DNA from: Gekko japonicus
Lineage: Eukaryota
NCBI RefSeq assembly: GCF_001447785.1
Contig: NW_015166542.1
Span: 85,267-149,266 of the forward strand
DNA: 64,000 bases
Direction of reading: 5' to 3'
Position numbers and translations under genes: made by a program. Below, in pieces: positions 49,160 through 64,000 of this stretch (the stretch's first letter is position 1; every line of letters starts with the position of its first letter). Below the pieces are notes generated by a model. That model was not told where the DNA came from. It searched no databases and saw nothing but the letters and a program-made list of their open reading frames with translations.

Positions 49160-49805
49160 TGATACTGGTGTGAGAGAGACACAGAGAGAGCACAAGCTTA
49201 AAAAAAATAGAGTGGAACATATTAGCACATACATATCAGTAGCCATTAGTGAATGAAACACCAGTATGAACTTGTCGATTTCTAATAATCATTCATATGG
49301 TAAAGTTTATATAATTTCCTTTTATTTATCCTTACAGGGCACCTCCCCCCCCCCATGTTTCTGTTCTCCAAACCGTCCCCTTCCCAAGGTCCTCCCTGCA
49401 GCCCGGAGCGTGACTGCTGCCAACCCGCGGGGACATGCGAGGTCCTGTCCTCCAGCCCCTTCTCTGTGGGGCCTGGATGCCCCTCGCCACAGACCAGAGG
49501 TCCCCTAAGGAGGAGCTCGTGTGCCTGCTGGAAGCCGGGGCTCCTGCAAAGGCCGCTGGGAGGCCCCTGCTTCAAGCTGCTTCCTCCCCCCAGCCCCACC
49601 CCACACAGACACACCCTTCACGGCCTGACTCTCAGCTCCCATCCCTGCCTCTGAGCCCCTGGGGACTTTGCCCCCAAGAGACTGCTCCAAATTTATATAG
49701 CACTTTTGTGAGTTCAGACATTATCTTCTGGTGCTTCTGATGACAACCCTGAAAGGTAGGCCAGCACTGTTATGCCTGCACTGCCGGTAGGGGAGGGGCT
49801 GAAAG

Positions 49806-50040
49806 ACAGTTTGGTGTCGTGGTTAAGTGCGTGGACTGTAATCTGGGAGAACCCGGTCTGATTCCCCACTCCTCCACTTGCATCTGGCTGGATGACCTTG
49901 GGCAAGCCGTAGTTCTGTCAGAGCTGTCCTTGAAAAAGAGCCGTTTCTGTCAAGAGCTCTCTCAGCCCCACCTACCTGCCAGGGTGTCTGTTGTGGGGAG
50001 GGGAAGGGGCGCAGTATAAATCCAATCTTTTATTCTTCTT
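49806..50040 (+). mobile_element. Squam3-like SINE
   Basis: Family head and tail. Confidence 0.8.
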
Positions 50041-50239
50041 GTGGTTTATCTAAGGCAACCAGAGTGAGTCAGTGATGGAGACAGCATGGCGTAGTGGTTA
50101 GAGTGGGGGGGGGGGAGACTGGGATCTGGAGAAGGCAAATTCAACTCCTTTTGAACCACGAAGCTCAATGAATGATCTTGGGACAGACTTTCTGACCCCA
50201 GCCTACAAAATGGACAACACGTGAAGCTGCCTTCTGGAC

Positions 50240-50440
50240 CAGAGTTCCCTCTAAGCTGAGTTAATGTGAGCTAGCCCACAGTTTTTTGGCCTCCGGCTCA
50301 CACGTTGTTATCCTAGCACAGGAAGGAGGACTCCAGAGCAAACCAATGTATGCAGTAGCCAAATCGCTCACTCACAACTTTAATGCCAGCACAGAGTAGA
50401 ATTTTTGCTCACAAGACTCCACAGCTTAGAGGGAGCCTTG
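50240..50440 (+). mobile_element. MITE family A copy
   Basis: Similar to 18526-18729. Confidence 0.75.
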
Positions 50441-51021
50441 GGATTGAACCTGGGACCTTCTGCAGCCAAGAGGATGCTCTTCTCACTGACCTGTGGTCCG
50501 TCTTCACCCTTGATCCATCACGATCAGGACTGTCTACTCAGAATGGTAGCAGCTCTCCAGGGACTCAGGCTGAGGTTCTTGACCCTTCCTGATGATGCGG
50601 GGGGGGGGGGGGGGTTGAACCGGGGACCTTCTGCATGCCAAGCAGGTGCTCTGCCACTGAGCCATGGCTCTTCCCCAATAACAGAGAAGGGGGGAACCGT
50701 GTCTGCTATCCTAAGATCCTTGGAGGAAGGGAGCAACAGAAATTTGATAGAAAAGAGATTCAGACAGAGAACATTTGCATTCAGGGGTCAACATTAGTAA
50801 GTAACTGAACGACTCTCACCCAAACAATTTAAGTGTCCTTTGCATCCTTCGTCTTTCCACTTGGCCTGTCCTTGGCACAACCCCTTCCCTTGTCTTACAT
50901 AGACCAAATCCTTGTGGGTCACAGACTCACAGCTCTCTTTCTCTCCCTCCATCTGGTGCAAAACACATCACCAAAACTTCCTAACAAGGTCCACCTGGTT
51001 CTGCGGTTGGGCTGTTTCTTT

Positions 51022-51970
51022 CATAAGAACATAAGAAGAGCCCTGCTGGATCAGAGCAGTGAGGGCCCATCTAGTCCAGCATCCTGTCCCACACAGTGGC
51101 CAACCAGTTCTTCAGGAGGGCCAACAACAGGGCAGAGAGGCCGAGGCCTTCATAAGAACATCAGAAGAGCCCTGCTGGGTCAGACCAGGGAGGGTCCATC
51201 TAGTCCAGCATCCTCCTGTCTCACACAGGGGCCAGCCAGTCCCTCTGGAGGGTCAACAACAGGGCAGAGAGGCCGAGGCCTTCCCCTGAGAAGAACATCA
51301 GAAGAACCCTGCTGGATCAGACCAGGGAAGGTCCATCTAGTCCAGCATCCTCCTGTCTCACACAGGGGCCAGCCAGTCCCTCTGGAGGGCCAGCAACAGG
51401 GCAGAGAGGCCGAGGCCTTCCCCTGAGAAGAACATCAGAAGAACCCTGCTGGATCAGACCAGGGAGGGTCCATCTAGTCCAGCATCCTCCTGTCTCACAC
51501 AGGGGCCAGCCAGTCCCTCTGGAGGGCCAGCAACAGGGCAGAGAGGCCGAGGCCTTCCCCTGAAAAGAACATCAGAAGAGCCCTGCTGGATCAGACCAGG
51601 GAGGGTCCCTCTAGTCCAGCCTCCTGTCCCACACAGTGGCCAACCAGTTCCTCAGGAGGGCCAGCAACAGGGCAGAGAGGCTGAGGCCTTCAGAAGAGCC
51701 CTGCTGAATCAGACCAGTGTTCCATCTACTCCAGCCTCCTGTCTCACACAGTGGCCAGCCAGTTCCTCTGGAGGGCCAACAACAGGGCAGAGAGGCTAGG
51801 GCCTTCGCCTGATGTTGCCTCCTGGTTCTGGGATTCAGAGGATAAGTTCCTCTGAATGTGGAGGTTCCCTTTAGTCACCAGAGCTAGTAGCCACGGTAGC
51901 CTCTGACAGACCTTTCTCCATGAACCTATCTAACCCCCCTTTAAAGCTGTTTATTCCTGTGGCCATTACA
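51022..51970 (-). repeat. Six tandem 125-138-bp CR1 3'-end units ahead of a CR1 3' UTR
   Basis: AAGAACATCAGAAGAGCCCTGCTGGATCAGACC...GAGGCCTTC repeated at ~51025, 51154, 51291, 51428, 51565 and 51691. Confidence 0.85.
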
Positions 51971-52304
51971 TCTCCTTCCTTCTGGGGCTGGCACACAAAC
52001 CTCTCCCCCCCCCCTCTCAGGCTATGTTCATGCCCACTGTTCATGCCCACTGTTGCTTCCTCTGCCCGGCAGCCATGTGCCAGTGTCTCCAGCAGACCAG
52101 CGGCTTGTCCCCTCCCCTTCTGCCTGAAACCCCTGCTGGGGACTGACCCGGAATCCTTCTGTAGGCCAAGGAAGCCCCCGCCCCTTGCCCTTGCCGCTGG
52201 CCACGGAGGTGCCTCTTTTCAGGCCCTCTCATGGGAGCAGAGCCTTCAGGCGGCTTTCTCATCCTACCCGGGCACAGAGCCAGGACAGAGCCCACGATAC
52301 CTAC

Positions 52305-52992
52305 AGCCATATTCCACCTGGACGAGTCGGACGGTCTTGGTGGACGCAAAGACGTCGACCACGGCGTAGAGGGGGCGGGAAGCGGGGAGGCCCCTGGCAC
52401 TGGGGCCCATGTCCTCCCCGTTGATGACCATGTGCATGTCGGCCGTCCCGTCGGGCTGCAGGGTGTAGAGCACCCCGATGCGGCTCCTCCTGGCCGTGGC
52501 AGGAAGCACGTTGCTCTTGTACAGGTCGTCCAGGATGTGGCTGTACCGGCCGGGCCTGCTCCGCCCCACCAGCTTGTCTCTGGGGATCCGGACTTGCTCG
52601 ATGAGCAGATAGGGGTCTGCGAGGAAGCCCCGCACCCTGCCGGAGGCCTGCCCCGCAGCGGTGTCCGGAGTGACCCGGTTGTGGTTGCGGGTGATGGCAA
52701 AGACCCAGCTGTCACCCCGGTTGACCAGGTCGGGCAGGGAGTACTCGGGCACCACGTCCAGGCGGGAGGGGTCGCAGGCCATCAGGCCCACCCGCAGGTG
52801 CCCGCACCAGCCCAGCTCCTTCTCCTCGATCTCCAGCAGGAAGATCTGTCCCGGGGCCAGGGGCTCCTGGCTGAAGCACAGGCCGTTGGCAAAGCTCTCC
52901 ACGCGAGTGGCCTGGGTACGGGAGGGATCCAAGCGGACGTTGGCCCCGTGGATGCGGTGGAACCTGCTCGACGGGTAGCAGGCGGCCGCCAT
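52305..52992 (-). CDS. NEURL2: NEURL2 (Ozz E3 ligase adaptor) exon 1, neuralized homology domain
   Basis: RFHRIHGANVRLDPSRTQATRVESFANGLCFSQEPL...LYAVVDVFASTKTVRLVQVEYG; donor T|GTAGGT at 52305/52304. Confidence 0.96.
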
Positions 52993-53024
52993 CTCAGGCC
53001 GCTCTCCCAGAGGCAGAGCTGAGG

Positions 53025-53061
53025 CTATTTTTAAGTGGGCTCGGAGCAGCGGGGGCAGCTG
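53025..53061 (-). promoter_or_regulatory. MEF2/TATA site plus E-box upstream of NEURL2
   Basis: CTATTTTTAA (53025-53034) fits YTAWWWWTAR; CAGCTG at 53056-53061. Confidence 0.65.
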
Positions 53062-53237
53062 CTGGCCTGGGACGCCTGCGGGAGGAAGGCCTGCTGGAAC
53101 TGGCCAGGTCCTAGTGCCGGGTGGCTTCCATGGACCAAAGGGCTGGCTTGGGCCCTGCGCAAGGGCCCCGCCTTGCCAAACTTTGAGTTTAGCCAGATCT
53201 TTATATCCTGCATTTCAGCAGTGAGCCAGTTTGGTGT

Positions 53238-53828
53238 GAGAGCCAGTTTGGTGCCGTAGTTAAGTGCGCGGACTCTAATCTGGGAGAACCGGGTTTGATT
53301 CCCCCACTCCTCCTCCACTTGCACCTGGCTGGTGTGACCTTGGGCAAGCCACAGTTCTGTCAGAGCTGTTCTTGAAAAAGAGCAGTTTCTGTCAAGAGCT
53401 CTCTCAGCCCCACCTGCCTCACAGGGTGTCTGTGGTGGGGAGGGGAAGGGAAAGGAGATTGTAAACTGCTCTGAGACTCCTTTGGGTAGTGAAGGGCGGG
53501 GTATAAATCCATCATCATCCTTCTTCTTGAGAGCCAGTTTGGTGTGGTGGTTAAGTGCGCGCTCTAATCTGGGAGATCCGGGTTTGATTCCCCGTTCCTC
53601 CACTTGCACCTGGCTGGATGACCTTGGGCAAGCCGTAGTTCTGTCAGGGCTGTCCTTGAAAAAGAGCCATTTCTGTCAAGAGCTCTCTCAGCCCCACCTC
53701 CCTCACTGGGTGTCTGTTGTGGGGACTGCGGAGGGGAAAGGAGATGGTAAGCCACTCTGAGACTCCTTTGGGTAGTGAAGGGCGGGGGATAAATCCAATC
53801 TCCTCCTCCTCCTCCTCTTCTTCTTCTC
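53238..53828 (+). mobile_element. Two head-to-tail Squam3-like SINEs
   Basis: Copies at ~53240-53528 and ~53531-53827. Confidence 0.85.
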
Positions 53829-54773
53829 ACAAAGTTTGAAATACAGAGCAGAAAAACACTGTTTAAACCTTTGGAACTCCTTCCCCGGGGAAGTTCATCT
53901 GTCTCCTTCTGTTGGTGTCTTCCACCAGCGGATGAAGACCTTTTTGTTTTCTGTTTGCTTGGTTTTGGCTTTCCTCCAGTAACTGTTATGCAGCCTCCTC
54001 CCTGGTTCTGGGATTATGTGTTTTCATTGAATGACTTTATAGTTTTAAATATTGTTTTTAATAGTTCAAATGTTTTGATGCTTTGATGGGCGCCACCTTG
54101 GGGGACACTGATCAGGCGGAAAGGCAGCGTAATTTTTCTTTTTAAAGTATGACAGCTGTAAGACTCCTGAAACCAGAAATCCAAGAAGCAAATCCCACCC
54201 CCACCCCCAGTAGTTAAATATGAGCCTGGCAAAAAGAAAGTGTTTTCTCCCCCCCCCCCCAAAAAAAAAACACCAAAAGAGAAGGAATGTGCTCAGTGGG
54301 GGAGAGAGACCCAGAGCCGTAGTGCCACCACCAGAAAAGCCCTGCCATACGTCACCAGGGAGGCTTCGCCCGGAGAAGGCAGCTCAAGTCTCCAGGCCCC
54401 AAACTACTTGGAAGAGTAAAACCAGCACTTGGGACCAGGCCCGGAAACAAACCAGTGAAGCCGGATGCACAGTGGAGTCATATGATCAAAGTGCAGTCCC
54501 GCAGCCGCACTCTGAGCGACTGAAAAGCGCATCACATCCCGAAGGCGACCCAACCCCGTGTGACCCTGGATCTGGATGCCAGTATGGTACAGGTGGGCGC
54601 CATATGGTCTCTGAATATGCCCAGGGCCTGGGTGGGCAGATTCCTGCCCTTGGCCTTGCCTGGCCCACGGTGGTTTTGTGAGGAGTCATCAGCAGGATGA
54701 GCAGCGCTTTACGCACAACGAATGCCACCAGCACGATGGACTAACGACTCTTCGCTCCCACCTTGGTGGTGGA

Positions 54774-55114
54774 AGGTGCCACTGGATTGTTTTGGATTCC
54801 TAGCTATTGGGGGGGGGGAGTGCAGATCTGCCCTCACAGAGGAGGGAGAGCTTGTACCTGAACAAAACTTGGTCTTAAAGGTGCCACTGGACTGTTTTGG
54901 ATTGCTAGCTATGGTGGGGGGGGAATGCGCAGATCTGCCCTCACAGAGGAGGGAGAGCTTGTACCTGAAGGGGTGGGGCTCTGCAACTTACCTGGCTGCT
55001 TCTTGTGGCCGGACTGAGGGCTGCTGGGAGCGGGGCTTCCTGCATGTGCCCGCCCCCTGGGCTCCTTACTGCCGGAGCTCCGCTCCTGTGCGCTCCTGCA
55101 GGAAATGACCCCTG
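54774..55114 (+). mobile_element. MITE family B, right half
   Basis: Tandem units and terminus GAAATGACCCCTG. Confidence 0.7.
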
Positions 55115-56501
55115 CTACCGAGTAAGAGAGCAGGTCTTAGGGCATGTTGTCAGCAAGCTTTTTTCATCCCAGTCCTGCAGCGGATACCCTGAGTGACCAA
55201 AGGACAATGAGGCCTTTATATCTGGGCCCAAATTGTGACACAGAGAGGAGAGGGTCTGACAGAAACCCCCTCTTGAAGATGGCCAACATCGTGGGCAGCA
55301 GATACCCATGGGGCCGTGGGCTGGCGGGGGGTGGGGGACACTGAGATCTCAGGTGGGCTGCAGCCCTGGGAATGACCCATATGGGCCTCCATCCCTGCAC
55401 CCACCATGGCCAAGGGTGGGTGGGTATAGACACCCAACAGTTTTTGCGTGCCGACAAGTCCTGAAGTAAGCCCAGCCATGAATTTTCTCCCCCAGCCCAC
55501 CCCAGAAGCCAGATCCCTGGCTGGCAGGCTGTATGTGACTTCCAGGGCATCCTGAGGCTGTTGTTGTTGTTGGTTGGTTGGTTGGTTGTAGCAAAAACAT
55601 ATTATTCTGAAGTGACATTTCATGCTGTTGACTTGACGTTCCTTTCGGGAACATCTGAAGAGCCCTGCAGGACCAGGTGTGGCCCACGTGGTCTCATAGC
55701 CTGTTTCCCACAGTGGCAAAGCCCTAAAAGGCCTCCAAGCAGGGCCTGAAAAGCAATAGCCCTGCCCCCAGTCCACACACACACGCCAGCAACTGGCATT
55801 CATAGAATCATAGAATGTTAAGAGTTGGAAGGGACCTTGCAGGTCATCTAGTCCGACCCCCTGCACTCTGCAGGAACATAGCCGAAGGATAGCCCTACAA
55901 CATACCCCAAAGATGGTCATCTTTCAGATACACTGCCCCTGACTATGGAGGTTTTGATTGACTTCTCCTCTTCCTTGAATTTGTCAGCTCCCCCTTTAAA
56001 GCATTTCAAGCCAGCAGCCGGAAGTACACTGTGTGGCAGTCAGTTGTGGTTCAGTGGAAGAACCTCTTCTCGGCATGCAGGAGGTCCCGGGTTCTATCCC
56101 AGGCAGCATCTCCAGTTGCAAGGGCCCGGCAGCAGGTGATGGGCAAGACCTTCCTCTGCCTGAGGCCGTGGAGAGCGGCTGCCCGACAGGGCGGACAAAA
56201 GTGACCTCAAAGGGCCAGTGGGCTCTGATTCAGTACAAGGAAGCTTCCTGTGTGTTCAGGAGTCCCAGCAAGATCGATTTGCGTGGGTCACCGTCTTGGT
56301 CGGAAGCAGTGGAACAAAATTATTTGTGGGTGCGCACAGGGAAGCTTGCACCCAAAATTGAACCACTTTGTCAGTCTCAAGGTGCCTGACTGGACTCCAA
56401 TCAGTTCCAGCGCCAGTAGAAGGATGCACAGCCTGAAGAAGTACCTCCCCTCGTTCCTACAGGCTGGGAGTAGGGGGGAAACGGGCTGGGCTCCTAAGAG
56501 G

Positions 56502-56712
56502 AAGGCTCCCTCTAAGCTGTGCAGTCCTGTGAGCAAAAATCCTACTTTGTGAGCTGCTTCTGGCATGAAAGTTGTGGGCGAGCGATTGGGCTGCTCCATA
56601 GATTAGTTGGCTCTGGAGTCCCATCCTTCCCGAGCGGAGACGAAAATGTGTGAGCCGGAGGCTAAAAAAACGGTGAGCCAGCTCACACTCACTCAGCTTA
56701 GAGGGAACACTG
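56502..56712 (-). mobile_element. MITE family A copy at the edge of the CTSA CpG island
   Basis: CCCTCTAAGCTG...CAGCTTAGAGGGAACACTG. Confidence 0.75.
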
Positions 56713-57182
56713 GATCCGAGTCCCCTGCCCGAAGGGCTGCTTACGTCGCTTTGTCGGAACCCGGCCCTCCTCGTGGCTGCCTTTTTGCCGGTGGCCCCCG
56801 TCCGGAGAGGGGCCACCACCAGGCTGCGCTCTTCCCCCCCGGAGAGGGACTCGGCGACCCGCCAGTTGGGCGAGCGGAGGGGCTTCGTTCCCCCCNNNNN
56901 NNNNNNNNNNNNNNNNNNNNNNNNNNNNNNNNNNNNNNNNNNNNNNNNNNNNNNNNNNNNNNNNNNNNNNNNNNNNNNNNNNNNNNNNNNNNNNNNNNNN
57001 NNNNNNNNNNNNNNNNNNNNNNNNNNNNNNNNNNNNNNNNNNNNNNNNNNNNNNNNNNNNNNNNNNNNNNNNNNNNNNNNNNNNNNNNNNNNNNNNNNNN
57101 NNNNNNNNNNNNNNNNNNNNNNNNNNNNNNNNNNNNNNNNNNNNNNNCCCCCCCCCCACTAAGCCCCTTCTCTCTCCGGCAG

Positions 57183-63423
<6,241 letters not shown>

Positions 63424-64000
63424 GTAGCGGGGGCCTCTTTTGAGGGAGAGGGGGGATGCTGTGTGGCTGGAGCTCCCCATACGGTGTTGGAGCCCAGCAA
63501 AGGGTGGGGGGGGGGGGAGGGAGAGGACTGTGAATCCCCTTCCTTCCACGGAGGGTTGGAACAGATGACCTTTGGGGGTCCCTTCCAGCCCCAGGTTTCT
63601 CCCACACTCCCCCCCGCCAGGTGAGCTCGAAGTGAGTTGGTACTCCCGGCCTGTTCCCCATTCACCTTGATGGGATGAAAGGGTCGGGGGTGCTTTCTCT
63701 GACACGGGACGAGGGGCTTGAACCCCTCAGTAAACCTGATTTCATGGGCCCCAGACTCAGGGTGGCTTAATGGCAGAACTCCCTGCCACAAGACAGGCAG
63801 GCAGCATCTATTTGGATGGTTTGGGGCAAGATAAGGCACCCAAGTAGACCCCACGCTGCCTGTTCGTGGTGGTCGTTAAATGGACCCGCCACTGTCAGAA
63901 GCAGTCTAGGTGGTTGTTCTTGGAGCCAGGTGCCTTCCTTTGTGATCTTTTCCTCCTGTGAGGAAAGGCTGAAAGAGCCGGGTCTGTTTAGCCCGGAGAG

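Noticed and set aside
51022-51810. CRISPR-like repeat array
   Set aside because: Whole units repeat with no unique spacers, they derive from CR1 tails, and the DNA is eukaryotic.
56896-57147. ORFs spanning N gaps (also 6476-6519, 19453-19515, 31417-31455, 35803-36048, 58668-58722)
   Set aside because: Artefacts of translating through Ns; CTSA exon 1 cannot be delimited because of this gap.

Overview
Vertebrate genomic DNA, almost certainly squamate and probably gecko judging from the repeats (BovB, CR1, Squam3-like and Sauria-like SINEs). It carries the conserved gene block syntenic with human 20q13.12: ZSWIM3 (large last coding exon, +), ZSWIM1 (CpG-island promoter plus single coding exon, +), SPATA25 (-, apparent 1-nt frameshift), NEURL2 (-, two exons split by a ~19.8 kb repeat-filled intron) and CTSA (13 coding exons, +, last exon outside the window). 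Intergenic and intronic DNA is dense in mobile elements. These include a full-length Tf1/sushi-type chromoviral Gypsy element with 5-bp TSD, an 11-nt self-priming site and a decayed PEG10-like -1 frameshift signal, a 2-kb BovB nested in an AT-rich inverted-repeat element, long foldback elements, several hAT-like MITE families, solo LTRs, and tandem arrays of LINE and SINE ends. There are six N gaps. Gene and repeat-family names come from recalled sequence similarity and synteny, not from database searches. No CRISPR array or prokaryote-type system is present.
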